Source: Candidatus Bathyarchaeia archaeon (lineage in GTDB: Archaea > Thermoproteota > Bathyarchaeia > 40CM-2-53-6). From it: a stretch of 64,000 bases of DNA. Under the pieces are notes generated by a model. That model saw only the letters and a list, made by a program, of their open reading frames with translations, searched no databases and was not told the DNA's origin. Each line of letters starts with the position of its first letter. Position 1 is the stretch's first letter. The position numbers were made by a program, and so were the translations under genes. The stretch is taken from NCBI GenBank assembly GCA_049513715.1, contig JBEKVV010000002.1, positions 64,001 through 128,000 of the forward strand. Reading direction: 5' to 3'. This document shows, piece by piece, positions 18,608-28,770 of the stretch.

Positions 18608-19831
18608 TTGCCTGACGTTTCAGTTCCAAAGCGGACGAAGACAACCCTCAATCACATAGACGGCGACTTGGAGATCGAGGACGATGCCGTAATCTCAGCC
18701 GAGAGCGGCACTGTGATCGTGGAGGGCTCGGTTGACACAGAAGGAAATGTTGTCTTCGACTGCAGCCTCAAGGCACGAGACATAGATGGAGACGACGGTG
18801 ATCTTGATGTTCGAGGCGACCTAACTGTTGAAGATGGCGTGCGCATTTCCGATGGAAGCCTCCACGTCTCCGGTTCCCTCTCTGCCCGGGACGTAGACGT
18901 AGACAAACATCTCGAAGTGTCGCGAGATCTCTCCGTCGAAGAATTAGAGGTCGGCAGCAGAGCCGAAATTCACGGCAAAGTGAAGGCGCGGTCTATAGAG
19001 GTCGGCGGTTCATTGGAAATCTCCGAATCCGCTGAGGCCGAGGAAATATCCGTAGGGGGATCAGTGCGAGTTGCGAAGGAAGTTAACTGCAAGAATATTG
19101 ACGTCGGAGGTTCTGTGGTTGTTGGCGGGGGGAGGGTTAGCGAGGAAATCGAGGTAGGTGGGTCTTTTGAATCCACTGCCCCGCTTGAATTCAATGACCT
19201 GGACGTTGGCGGGGCTGTTCATCTTCGGGGTGACAGCTCGGGAAGGGACATAGACATAGGTGGAACGATCAAGGTATCTGGAAACCTGAAATTCGAAGAC
19301 ATTGACGTAGGCGGAACAATCGAAATCGAGGGAAACGGTGAGGGCGAGGATGTTGATGTTGGCGGCGTCTTCCAGGTAGGTGGTAACCTGAACCTTGTGG
19401 GCAGCCTAGAAGTCGGGGGAAAATGCATCGTCGGAGGAACCTTGATCGCAGAGCGCATCGAGATTGGTGGATGGCTAGAAGCAATGGAGGTCAAAGTTGA
19501 AGACATTGAAGTAGGCGGCTCCCTCTCAACGAAGAATGGTGTCAGAGCTGATTCCATAACCATTGGAGACCGTGGCCGGGTAAGAGGCTCACTCTTTGGA
19601 AACATGATTAAGCTTGGAGAACGATGCGACGTGGAATCCGTTTACGGACAGCGCATAACCATAGAAGAGCGAAGCCGGGCCGGTATCGTGCATGGCGTCA
19701 ACGTAAGAATCGAGTCCAGGTGCAAGATACAGGGCGAGGTTCTGTACTCAGGCTCACTAGACGCGGACGAAGACGTGACCTTCGCCGAACAACCTAAGAA
19801 AGTAGACGTACTCCCCGACGCTTCCGTTTGA
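18608..19831 (+). CDS. Polymer-forming cytoskeletal (bactofilin-like) beta-solenoid repeat protein
   Basis: More than ten ~17-aa repeats containing (I/V)(E/D)(V/I)GG; acidic. Confidence 0.7.
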   Translation: MPDVSVPKRTKTTLNHIDGDLEIEDDAVISAESGTVIVEGSVDTEGNVVFDCSLKARDIDGDDGDLDVRGDLTVEDGVRISDGSLHVSGSLSARDVDVDKHLEVSRDLSVEELEVGSRAEIHGKVKARSIEVGGSLEISESAEAEEISVGGSVRVAKEVNCKNIDVGGSVVVGGGRVSEEIEVGGSFESTAPLEFNDLDVGGAVHLRGDSSGRDIDIGGTIKVSGNLKFEDIDVGGTIEIEGNGEGEDVDVGGVFQVGGNLNLVGSLEVGGKCIVGGTLIAERIEIGGWLEAMEVKVEDIEVGGSLSTKNGVRADSITIGDRGRVRGSLFGNMIKLGERCDVESVYGQRITIEERSRAGIVHGVNVRIESRCKIQGEVLYSGSLDADEDVTFAEQPKKVDVLPDASV

Positions 19832-19832
19832 G

Positions 19833-20501
19833 TCAAGCTGTGCTCTGAGCCGGCACATCCCTATTTCCCTTTTTCTGATTCAGCTGGTCAGTTTTCGGCT
19901 GCGCAGCGGTCTGTGAAGGCTGCGGCGGTGATACTGGTGTACTCTGTGGGGGTTGGGCAGCAGCAGGTGGATTGGCAGGCGTTGGGGCAGGCGTCGCGGT
20001 AGGTTTGGGGGCTGCAGGTGGAACAGGTCTGGCAACGCCGGGCGTTGGTGCTTTCGCAGCTACGACGGGTTTCGGTGGGGGTGCAGGTGCGACATACTTC
20101 AGTCCTACGTAATCGTACAACACTTTCACACCTTCCTCGTTCGTCGCGATGAATATCTGGTATGGCCCATGTAGGTCGTACGCGATCTTTGCGATTCCTT
20201 CGGGCTCAAATCCCAAAGAGGATGTCAATTTCGCCAAGGGGCCGATCTTCCGGCAGATGATGTAGGCGACCCCGTCCCAAAGGATTTCAGCTAAAGCACG
20301 GGGCAGCTTTGATGGGAGGCTTGCGAATCTTATCATTTGGTAGTTGTATTTTCTGACAATCTCTTCAAGCTTCTTCAAATCCAAAGGGCGGTTGAACCTA
20401 ACCCAGAACTCGTCGCCCGTCCGATAAGGCACATGCTCAACTTTCTCAACGCCGTCCAAATACCGGAGGTCGTTGACCCGACGCTCAAGGTCACCTACCA
20501 T
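19833..20501 (-). CDS. Hypothetical protein with Pro/Ala-rich C-terminal tail
   Basis: Globular N-terminus followed by a low-complexity tail. Confidence 0.7.
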   Translation of the reverse strand: MVGDLERRVNDLRYLDGVEKVEHVPYRTGDEFWVRFNRPLDLKKLEEIVRKYNYQMIRFASLPSKLPRALAEILWDGVAYIICRKIGPLAKLTSSLGFEPEGIAKIAYDLHGPYQIFIATNEEGVKVLYDYVGLKYVAPAPPPKPVVAAKAPTPGVARPVPPAAPKPTATPAPTPANPPAAAQPPQSTPVSPPQPSQTAAQPKTDQLNQKKGNRDVPAQSTA

Positions 20502-20576
20502 TACGATTCGCCTCGAATTGTCGAAGCTGAGAAGGTCAGGCTTTAAAAATGGAACGTTTTCGGGGTTTCTAATTCC

Positions 20577-20693
20577 CTACGTGTTGGTGTGAGAGGTATG
20601 CTGGTGCCGCACTTCTTGTGCTCCGCAGTACACGCATTTCATAACGCCAAGAGGCATCGCGTGATGGTACTCGTGACAGTGGATGTGGTACAT
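20577..20693 (-). CDS. Possible 38-aa His/Cys-rich microprotein
   Basis: MYHIHCHEYHHAMPLGVMKCVYCGAQEVR... read manually; below the ORF-track cutoff. Confidence 0.3.
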   Translation of the reverse strand: MYHIHCHEYHHAMPLGVMKCVYCGAQEVRHQHTSHTNT

Positions 20694-20790
20694 CCAAATC
20701 CCCTGAGCGCGACGGCACGGTTGGAATACTTAAGGTGATTTGGAGCACTTCGATTGTTTAGAGAGAATGGATAAGGCTCCACTTTTCTAC

Positions 20791-23610
20791 CTATTGCCTG
20801 TCCCAGAAGGGCCTTGTAATTATGAATTTTAGCTTGGCTTCCAGAAGGTCCTTGTAGAAGCTTCTCTCATCGTCATGCATCTTGGCGAGGATTCTGCTCG
20901 CAGTTTGAGGACCGATTCCGTAGACGCACTGTGCGACTATGGCTCGGCGTCCGTACGACAACACTAGGTCAGCTGAGCGCCTGGCCTTCGCCAGGGTGTC
21001 TCGTTCTTGGTCTTCGATCGTTTTGCCTTTCAGCTTCTTTTCCAGTATGCGGAGGAGGAAATCAGTCGACCATGAGGATACTGCCAAGAGTCCAGAGTCG
21101 CAGGAGTGGCATTTGGGCTTGCGTGGGAGGGCTTTGACAACCTTCGCTTGCGCTAGCCTGCCACACTCGAAGCAGACCAAGTCAACGGTCATATTATCCA
21201 AGCTGAACTTGAGCCTCTCGATAGTGTCCTTCTCAACGATCTCAGGGGCTATCAATTCCGGAATGTCGATGTGCTTGTTGAGGAGATGAAACGCAAGAGG
21301 AGTTGGCTTGTCCAACGCTTTGAAGACTGCAACTTCCATTGAACCGTTCCTTATGGATCTGTAGATTTCGCGTACGCGCGGGAAATCGACGTGTAATAGC
21401 AGCGCTTCACGTATTGTCTCATCATATATCGGAGTCATCCGGAACCGAAGGGCAAGTTCACGCAGATTGTCGCCCCCCAACATTAGGCCGCGCCTCAATG
21501 CGCCGAAACGTTCTGCGATGAATTTCATGTAATAGCCGAATGGAAAGTGCCTGTGGAGGACTCCGTTGAAGATGCCCTCCATGACTCCCTCCCCTACGCC
21601 GAACAACGTCGCCTGAATTTCGTCAAGGGCGAGCTCTTGAGTAGGTGTTGTTAGCTCTAGGAGAATTCGATAGCCATCGGCCCACCATTGCCTCACCAAA
21701 CCTTTTCTTGAGAGGAGCTCCTCGTACACTTCGCCTAACGTGTTGTTGACGGTCTCGCCGAAACAAGCGTGAATTATCAGGAACCTGTCGAATGCCTCGA
21801 GAACAATTCGGCTGTCTGTGGGAACCGGTGCTCCCGCGTCTCGATGCCCTTCAATCTCTTCGACTACTTTTCGAACGGCATAGCGTTCCGTAGGCCATCT
21901 TTTAGAGAGGGTGGCCACCACGGTTGTTGTAGCTGCCGTATCAAGTTCCTTTGAAACTTCTGCCCGAAGCGTTCCAACTCTCTGAGCCAACTCGAATGGG
22001 AGAGGCAGCAATTCGCCATCCCAACCAGGTATAGCAGCGGTAGGGTCCTCGACTGGTGTGACGTACACGAGTGCGTCATCGGAAATTTGTTCGATCTGCC
22101 AGACCCTACCTTTGATAACGAAATGAATGCCCAGCCTGGCTTTAGTCATCACGAATTCTTCGCCAAGAATGCCGACGGATTGCTGAGTTGAAACATCGAT
22201 TACTCGATAGCGCCGTTCATCGGGGATCATTGATAGGTTCTCGTAATAGTATTGGCGAGTTCTACTTCCCCTGAGCAACCGTTCATTGTCGGATCTCAGG
22301 CGGCGTGTTTTTTCCAGAAAACTCACAACACCGTCGAACTCTTTCCTTGTCAGGTCCCGGTACGGGTAGGCTCGTTGTACCATCCTGAAGATGTGATCTG
22401 TTTGCACGCCTTCTTCCGATTCCTGAATGATTCCAGCAATCTGGTGGGCAAGAACGTCCAGTGCCTTCTCATGAATCTTGACGGGTTCAACATGGTTCTC
22501 GTTCGCTTCTTGGATGGCCGCGACCGATTCGAGAATGTCGTCTGTCGAGACTGCCATGATTTTTCCTTGCGATACTTGATCCAGTCTGTGCCCGGACCGC
22601 CCCACTCTCTGGATGAGGCTTGCCACCTGCCTGGGCGACATATACTGAACCGTGAGGTCTACGCTTCCAATATCGATCCCCAGTTCCAAGGTCGATGTGC
22701 AGACCAGTGCTTTGATCTTTCCGTCCTTGAAGCCGTTCTCAACCCGAACCCGCTCTTCTCTTGGGAGAGAGCCATGGTGGACGGCGATGTTTCGTTTGAG
22801 TTGATGAAATTTGGAGCCAAGCGTTTCAGCGTTCGTCCTGCTGTTGACGAAGATTAGTGTGGATTCGTGGTCTTCAACCAGTTCCCAAATTCTGTTCAGG
22901 CGAGCAGCGGCTTCGGGTGCTGTGTAGAGAGATTGCGCAATAACATAATCCTCATCTGTTGGGTGTGGGAATTCAACGAAGTAATCCGCCCTTTTGGTCG
23001 GTGCAACTTGGATCACTTCAACCGGCCGGTTACCGGCCACGAAGGCTCCTATTTGGTCTGGGTTGCCGACAGTGGCGGATAGGCCAATTCTCTGAAAATC
23101 TTGGTGTGTCACTTCTCTCAGTCTCTCCAGGCCGACGGTCAGTTGAACGCCGCGCCTGTCGTCGGCTAACTCGTGCACCTCATCGATTACGACCCAGCGG
23201 ACGCTGCTAAGGTGTGTTCGCATGCGCTTTCCGGGGAGGATGGCTTGAAGTGTTTCGGGGGTTGTGACCAGGAAGTCGGGCGGTTTGATTGATTGTCTTC
23301 GCCTGTCCTTTTGCGGTGTGTCACCGTGCCTTACCTCTACAGTGAACCCTAGGTTCCTGCTCCAGAAATCCAGCCGCTTCAACAGGTCTCGATTCAACGC
23401 TCGGAGGGGTGTGATGTAGATTACGGAGATTCCCTGCCTATCTTTCGCCTTCACGAGCTGATCAAAGATTGGTAGGAGGACGGCTTCGGTTTTCCCAGAA
23501 CCAGTCGGCGCTATCAGGAGAACATTCTTCCCCATCAGGATTTGGGGGATTGCAGCGTTTTGCGGAGGTGTGGGCGTCTCAAACCCAAACTGAACTAGAG
23601 CAGCTTGCAC
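20791..23610 (-). CDS. lhr: Lhr-family SF2 ATP-dependent helicase (frame stays open to CTG at 23646)
   Basis: APTGSGKTE, DEVH, SAT, STLELGIDIG, QRVGRSGH motifs; C-terminal Zn finger. Confidence 0.92.
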   Translation of the reverse strand: MQAALVQFGFETPTPPQNAAIPQILMGKNVLLIAPTGSGKTEAVLLPIFDQLVKAKDRQGISVIYITPLRALNRDLLKRLDFWSRNLGFTVEVRHGDTPQKDRRRQSIKPPDFLVTTPETLQAILPGKRMRTHLSSVRWVVIDEVHELADDRRGVQLTVGLERLREVTHQDFQRIGLSATVGNPDQIGAFVAGNRPVEVIQVAPTKRADYFVEFPHPTDEDYVIAQSLYTAPEAAARLNRIWELVEDHESTLIFVNSRTNAETLGSKFHQLKRNIAVHHGSLPREERVRVENGFKDGKIKALVCTSTLELGIDIGSVDLTVQYMSPRQVASLIQRVGRSGHRLDQVSQGKIMAVSTDDILESVAAIQEANENHVEPVKIHEKALDVLAHQIAGIIQESEEGVQTDHIFRMVQRAYPYRDLTRKEFDGVVSFLEKTRRLRSDNERLLRGSRTRQYYYENLSMIPDERRYRVIDVSTQQSVGILGEEFVMTKARLGIHFVIKGRVWQIEQISDDALVYVTPVEDPTAAIPGWDGELLPLPFELAQRVGTLRAEVSKELDTAATTTVVATLSKRWPTERYAVRKVVEEIEGHRDAGAPVPTDSRIVLEAFDRFLIIHACFGETVNNTLGEVYEELLSRKGLVRQWWADGYRILLELTTPTQELALDEIQATLFGVGEGVMEGIFNGVLHRHFPFGYYMKFIAERFGALRRGLMLGGDNLRELALRFRMTPIYDETIREALLLHVDFPRVREIYRSIRNGSMEVAVFKALDKPTPLAFHLLNKHIDIPELIAPEIVEKDTIERLKFSLDNMTVDLVCFECGRLAQAKVVKALPRKPKCHSCDSGLLAVSSWSTDFLLRILEKKLKGKTIEDQERDTLAKARRSADLVLSYGRRAIVAQCVYGIGPQTASRILAKMHDDERSFYKDLLEAKLKFIITRPFWDRQ

Positions 23611-23790
23611 TTCCTTGGAGAGTTGGGTGAAGACTTGTTGAGACAGCTTTGCCGCCCGCTCGGGAACTCAGAATCAATAGGACCGCGCGGTCCTCAAAAA
23701 CCTTGGAGGAGCATACGGTCGAAACCGTGCGAGGCCGTTGAACCTGGACACGTGCTCTTTTTAAATGAATTTCGCCGCTAGCTATCCTCG

Positions 23791-24456
23791 GTGTCAGAGA
23801 TGTTTGAGTATAAGGGAATCAAATTAACATGGCTCGGACATGACGGGTTCAGAATTCAAAATGGGAGTGTCATATACATCGACCCGTTCCAGATTGAAGG
23901 TGGCGGAGCCAAGGCAGACATCATCTTAGTCAGCCACGAACACTTCGACCACTGTAACGTCGACGACTTGAAGAAAGTAGTCGGCCCGAACACAACAATC
24001 GTTGCCCATAGTCAGTCGAAGCCGGAATTGTCCAAGATAAATGCGAAAGAAGTTAGAATTGTGAAGCCGGGGGACAAGTTGAGCTTAGGCGATGTTGCTA
24101 TCGAAGTTGTCCCAGCCTACAATTTGAACAAGTTCAGAGAGCCTGGCAAGGTTTTCCACCCAAAGGAAGATGGTAAGGTCGGTTGGGTTGTGACGGTTAA
24201 AGGCGTAAGGGTCTATCACGCTGGAGACACCGATCACATCCCTGAGATGGCAAACATACGAGCAGACATCGCTCTCCTTCCAGTTTCGGGAACATACGTC
24301 ATGACGGCGCAGGAGGCAGCTGAAGCGGCGGCGTCAATCAATCCGAAGATTGTGATTCCAATGCACTTCGGAGCAATAGTTGGCAGCAAAAGTGACGCTG
24401 AGGCATTCAAGAAACTCGTGAAGTGTGAAGTGAAGATACTCGAGAAAGAACGCTAA
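23791..24456 (+). CDS. MBL-fold metallohydrolase
   Basis: WLGH, SHEHFDH, YHAGDT, IPMHF motifs. Confidence 0.9.
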   Translation: MSEMFEYKGIKLTWLGHDGFRIQNGSVIYIDPFQIEGGGAKADIILVSHEHFDHCNVDDLKKVVGPNTTIVAHSQSKPELSKINAKEVRIVKPGDKLSLGDVAIEVVPAYNLNKFREPGKVFHPKEDGKVGWVVTVKGVRVYHAGDTDHIPEMANIRADIALLPVSGTYVMTAQEAAEAAASINPKIVIPMHFGAIVGSKSDAEAFKKLVKCEVKILEKER

Positions 24457-24532
24457 TACTCAGCAAACTACATACTCTCTATGGATAAGTGCTAAGAAAG
24501 TAACAGCAAACACATCGAAGTGAGGTGAAATT

Positions 24533-25084
24533 ATGGTTAAAGTAGCGAGAGAAATGGTTGAAAGGGCGGGCGTAGACGTCGAGAAACTTCTTGACTTATT
24601 GGTTAGAAACGCAGCTGCGGAACTCACCACGTTCTACTACTATACAATCCTTCGCTGCAATCTAATAGGCTTGGAAGGGGAAGGGATCAAAGAGATCGCT
24701 GAAACAGCACGAATTGAAGATCGAAACCACTTCGAAGCTCTGGTTCCACGTATATACGAACTTGGAGGCAAGCTTCCAGATGACATGAAAGTGTTCCATG
24801 ACTCTTCGGCGTGTCCGCCGGCTAACCTACCCAAGGATCCGACCGACATCAAGGCGATGCTGACCGTGCTTCTCAACGCGGAACGCTGTGCGGTACGAGG
24901 CTATTCAAACGTCTGCAACATAACTGCTGGTAAGGACCATAGGACCTACGACTTGTCTCTGGCGATACTCAACGAGGAAATTGAGCATGAATCTTGGTTC
25001 TCCGAGTTCCTGGGAGAGGGCCCGTCCGGCCACTTCATGCGGAGAGGCGAGACATCGCCATTCGTATCCAAGTTCCTAAGGTAA
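24533..25084 (+). CDS. dps: Archaeal DPS-like (ferritin superfamily) DNA protection protein
   Basis: AAELTTFYYYTILR, EDRNHFE, AERCA, EEIEHESWF motifs. Confidence 0.9.
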   Translation: MVKVAREMVERAGVDVEKLLDLLVRNAAAELTTFYYYTILRCNLIGLEGEGIKEIAETARIEDRNHFEALVPRIYELGGKLPDDMKVFHDSSACPPANLPKDPTDIKAMLTVLLNAERCAVRGYSNVCNITAGKDHRTYDLSLAILNEEIEHESWFSEFLGEGPSGHFMRRGETSPFVSKFLR

Positions 25085-25164
25085 CTTCAAAGAGCACGCG
25101 ATACGACCCCCTCCACTTCCCCTTTTTCTATCCACCAGCACGAGTGAACCTTAGAGTGATCAGG

Positions 25165-25947
25165 CTATCTCGGTGGAGTTCTTTCTGGCGGGCCGGTGTA
25201 GACTATTTCGTCCCATTTTGCAGCCTTGTATGGAGTGTCAAAGTATGCCTGTTCGTAAGCGTGGGCTACTAGGCCGGGTGTTCTGCTAACAATGAAGAAG
25301 CCCTTTCCAAGCCGCCAATCGAACCCCATATCAGAAATTATCGCCGCAATACATCCATCCACGTTCAGGATGAGGTGCTTCCTGAAGAATTTCTCTGTGA
25401 GTTGCTCCACTGCCTGAGCGAGTTCCACATGCTGGCCGCGAAGCTGGTTTTCTTCTGCGATTGCCAAAAGCTTCCCGGTCCGAGGGTCATTAGTGTGTGT
25501 CGGGTGCCCATACCCGGGAATTCTCACTTTGCGGTTTCTGTGTTCCTGCAGGATTTCTTCTGCGGTACGCTTCAATGAGCCACCTTTATTTTTCGTGCGA
25601 GTGACGCCTTCTTGCAGCATCTTGGCGCACTGCTCAATGGCGCCGCCGTGCCAGTCACCGATAGCCGCAACTCCAGCAGAAACCGCCGCTTGCAATGGTA
25701 CCCCAGATGAGGCGACGAACCGCGTAGCGTCAACCGAGGGTGCGTTAAGGCTGTGTTCAAGGCAAACCGTCAGCAACGCGTCCATCACGCGAGAATAGCT
25801 TGGAGAGGGTAGTTCCCCACGCCATAGAAGGTAGGTTAGGTCAGCGTAATTGTACTTCCCGACTAGGTCCATGAGGTTGTATCCGCGAACAAGAATCTTG
25901 TTTGGTTCAACTTTGGAGATGGCGGTCTTCCAGAAAGGTTCAGGCAA
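25165..25947 (-). CDS. Citryl-CoA lyase / citrate synthase-family protein
   Basis: WKTAIS..ILVRGY, HGGA, IPGYGHP, LNVDG motifs; TTG start with GAGGA RBS. Confidence 0.85.
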   Translation of the reverse strand: MPEPFWKTAISKVEPNKILVRGYNLMDLVGKYNYADLTYLLWRGELPSPSYSRVMDALLTVCLEHSLNAPSVDATRFVASSGVPLQAAVSAGVAAIGDWHGGAIEQCAKMLQEGVTRTKNKGGSLKRTAEEILQEHRNRKVRIPGYGHPTHTNDPRTGKLLAIAEENQLRGQHVELAQAVEQLTEKFFRKHLILNVDGCIAAIISDMGFDWRLGKGFFIVSRTPGLVAHAYEQAYFDTPYKAAKWDEIVYTGPPERTPPR

Positions 25948-25960
25948 GAAATTCCTCTTC

Positions 25961-26758
25961 TTACACTTTGGAGAACTTAGGTGAGTATTGGCAAGTGCCG
26001 TCGGGTAGCTTGGTCTTAGTGAAGTCAGAGTAAAGGAGAGGATAGTCTTTGATGCAGATTTCAGCAACCTGGCCGAAGACTTTCCTAATCTCAACCTCGG
26101 CACTCGGATCTGTCCGCATTTCTATGATCCAACGCAAGGTCCTATGGTTCGCAGTCCAAATGATGTTCGTTGCTATCCCATCTGGCAGGATTCTGCGCAA
26201 TGCCGATGTGACGCGTTTCTTCTGGTCAAATGACATCTTATCCCAATCGAATTTGGCTTCAAGCCCGGCGTATAACTTCTTGATTTCTTCAACGCTAGCA
26301 AGAAATTCGCTCGAAGCTGATTGAAGGTCAGGTGGAACCCAAAGATTGACCTCACGAGGACGGACATACCGAAGGCTCTCTTGACTCATAGCCGTTCCAG
26401 CACGGTGGCGTACCAGCTCGTGCGTGAACACCCGGCTTACGTTCAGGAACGCAAACGTGACAGTTGCATGTTCCAGAATGCTTCCATCGCCTTTCTCCAA
26501 CACATTCGTAATGTAGTCTCTAGGATTGTCTCGAATCTTCGTTACGTTAGGATTCAAGCCCACGCCAAAACTGCGGTAACAGGCGCGCCCCGCCAACTCA
26601 ATTAGAAATTCTGATTCGTTTGGCTGAAGTTCTTTCGCCCTATTCAACCATTCAACAGCGCCGTAGTGCTCTGCCATTGCCCTAACCCCCTCAGCGTTGA
26701 GTCCAGTCTCTGCTAACTTCACTACGATAGGCTCTATCTGTTTCATTCCAACAACCAC
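25961..26758 (-). CDS. thyX: FAD-dependent thymidylate synthase
   Basis: ThyX motif THELVRHR...SQESLRY; SILEH. Confidence 0.93.
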   Translation of the reverse strand: MVVGMKQIEPIVVKLAETGLNAEGVRAMAEHYGAVEWLNRAKELQPNESEFLIELAGRACYRSFGVGLNPNVTKIRDNPRDYITNVLEKGDGSILEHATVTFAFLNVSRVFTHELVRHRAGTAMSQESLRYVRPREVNLWVPPDLQSASSEFLASVEEIKKLYAGLEAKFDWDKMSFDQKKRVTSALRRILPDGIATNIIWTANHRTLRWIIEMRTDPSAEVEIRKVFGQVAEICIKDYPLLYSDFTKTKLPDGTCQYSPKFSKV

Positions 26759-26941
26759 TCGTTAACCAATTGATTCTTTGGCTTGACTGGTTACATGGGA
26801 TGAAAGATAAAACTGCTGAAATGACTTACGCATGGCCTGACCTGAATGGAAAACAATGGAAAAGCAGAGTTGGTTCGAATTCTAACCCTGATATTTCTGT
26901 TGGATTGGGAATAAGGCTAAATTGCGGCTGGAATACTGCTC

Positions 26942-27298
26942 GTGGAATCAGAAGGTGTCTCCGGAAGTTTGTCTTGGACTGAAGAGCGCTCAAAGGCGCT
27001 TGAAGACGTCAAGAAACTTGAGCCATCCGACAGGTTGGGCCTGTATGCCTCTTTGATTAGGATGAATTCGGCCCTTTTCGAGAGCGTTCGAGGATGGGAC
27101 AGTTGGCTTAGGAACCCAACCTTCATCGAGACTTTTACCGAGGAAGAGTTGAAAGAGATTTACAAGCAGTTCAAGGACGTGTGTGTCCGGTTCTTGGAAG
27201 AGGACGTTAAGTGGACCGGTAAGAAGGAGAAGAGCGCGCCCGCCGGTACGAAGGCGCCAAGAAGTGAGCGGTCTGAGGCTGAACGACGATACGCATAA
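26942..27298 (+). CDS. DUF2153-like archaeal protein
   Basis: DRL...GWDSWLRNP...EEELKEI pattern. Confidence 0.65.
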   Translation: MESEGVSGSLSWTEERSKALEDVKKLEPSDRLGLYASLIRMNSALFESVRGWDSWLRNPTFIETFTEEELKEIYKQFKDVCVRFLEEDVKWTGKKEKSAPAGTKAPRSERSEAERRYA

Positions 27299-27338
27299 AT
27301 TGCTGATTTAGAACTCGCGGAGCCAGCAGGTTTCCTTC

Positions 27339-27803
27339 ATGAGCATCGCACCTTTTGTACAAACCCCGCTAGAGGTTGCTAAGAGGATGCTTGACCTCTC
27401 ACAAATCAAGCCCGGCGAAACTCTATACGACATGGGTTGCGGCGACGGGCGTCTGATCATTCTAGCCGCAAAGGAGGTTGGGGCAAGGGCAACCGGGATA
27501 GATCTCCGCGAGGATTTGATTGAGCGGGCTAGGACGGAGATCAAGAGGTTGAACCTGGAAGACAAAGTGACAGTGATTCAAAGCAACTTCTTCGATGTGA
27601 GCATATCCGACGCAAACGTGGTCACCCTCTACCTGACATCAAGCGCGAATGAGCGTTTGAGACCCAAATTGGAGGCGGAGCTGAAACCGGGCACGCGCGT
27701 AATCTCTCATGATTTCAAGGTTCCAGGTTGGAAACCAAACATAGTCTACGATGAGTTGCTCGGCCACACGATTTACGGATACAAAATTGGAGAGCAGCTC
27801 TAA
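27339..27803 (+). CDS. SAM-dependent methyltransferase
   Basis: APFVQTP, YDMGCGDGR, VVTLYL, SHDF motifs. Confidence 0.9.
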   Translation: MSIAPFVQTPLEVAKRMLDLSQIKPGETLYDMGCGDGRLIILAAKEVGARATGIDLREDLIERARTEIKRLNLEDKVTVIQSNFFDVSISDANVVTLYLTSSANERLRPKLEAELKPGTRVISHDFKVPGWKPNIVYDELLGHTIYGYKIGEQL

Positions 27804-27845
27804 CACTAATATCAGACGCGGCCGTTTAACGCTTAATCGAAAAGC

Positions 27846-28733
27846 TTGAAGCTGCCCAAGCAATCCAGTGAGAGATCCGCAATTGTACTCTTACTAATCA
27901 CCAACATTCTATGGGGCAGCTCGTTCGTCAGCGTGAAAATCGGCCTCGCATACGTGAATGCGTACAGCTTCGCTTTCTTGAGGTTGGCACTGGCATCCGC
28001 GATTCTCCTTACTGCCCTCATTCTTTGTGGCCGGTTCAACTTAAAGTCGATAAGGGAACCTTTTGTTTGGATGTTGGGGCTTCTGAACGGCCTTGGTTTT
28101 TCCCTCCAATACGTCGGCCAAATCTTCACCACTCCAGCGAAGACCGCGCTACTAGTCGATGTGAACGTCGTAGTTGTAGCCATCATAAGCTGGAGAATGT
28201 TCAACGAAACCTTCGGACTACGCAAACAGCTCGCAGTAGTGCTCAGCGTAGTCGGCGCCATTATGATCACAACCAATGGTGACTTCTCAACTCTGAGTCA
28301 AGGGGAACTGTTGGGAGACGCTTTGGTATTTCTCGCCGGCTTGGCCTGGGCGCTATTCATAATCTGCAACAAGCGGTTGCTGCTGCGGGCGGACAGAAAC
28401 GTCATCGAACTTTCAACGTTTGTCCTATTCACTACAGCCCTGCTCCTCCTCCCCATGGCTCTTCTCTTCGGGAACCTGAGCTCCAGCGCGGTTCCATTGG
28501 AGGGTTGGGTTTGGGTAGCGTACACTGCAATAGTATGCACAATCGTTCCCTATGCGCTCTGGATTGCTGCATTAAAGCAAGTCACCGCAACTATCTCTTC
28601 TGTTGTGGGGATGCTTGAGATTGTTGCGGCGATGGTTCTCTCTGGCCTCGTTCTTGGAGAGACTTACAATACTGTGACTTTGCTTGGTGCAGGGCTTGTC
28701 TTTGCTTCTATTTTGTTTGTAACCGAAAGCTGA
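27846..28733 (+). CDS. DMT/EamA family transporter
   Basis: LWGSSF start, about 10 TM helices, duplicated EamA domain. Confidence 0.9.
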   Translation: MKLPKQSSERSAIVLLLITNILWGSSFVSVKIGLAYVNAYSFAFLRLALASAILLTALILCGRFNLKSIREPFVWMLGLLNGLGFSLQYVGQIFTTPAKTALLVDVNVVVVAIISWRMFNETFGLRKQLAVVLSVVGAIMITTNGDFSTLSQGELLGDALVFLAGLAWALFIICNKRLLLRADRNVIELSTFVLFTTALLLLPMALLFGNLSSSAVPLEGWVWVAYTAIVCTIVPYALWIAALKQVTATISSVVGMLEIVAAMVLSGLVLGETYNTVTLLGAGLVFASILFVTES

Positions 28734-28770
28734 ATGGTTTTATACTTATCCCAGATGGTTAGCTGAACCC

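Noticed and set aside
18900..19530. Periodic nucleotide similarity as a CRISPR or DNA repeat array
   Set aside because: Explained by protein-level VGG repeats; no identical repeats with spacers anywhere in the window
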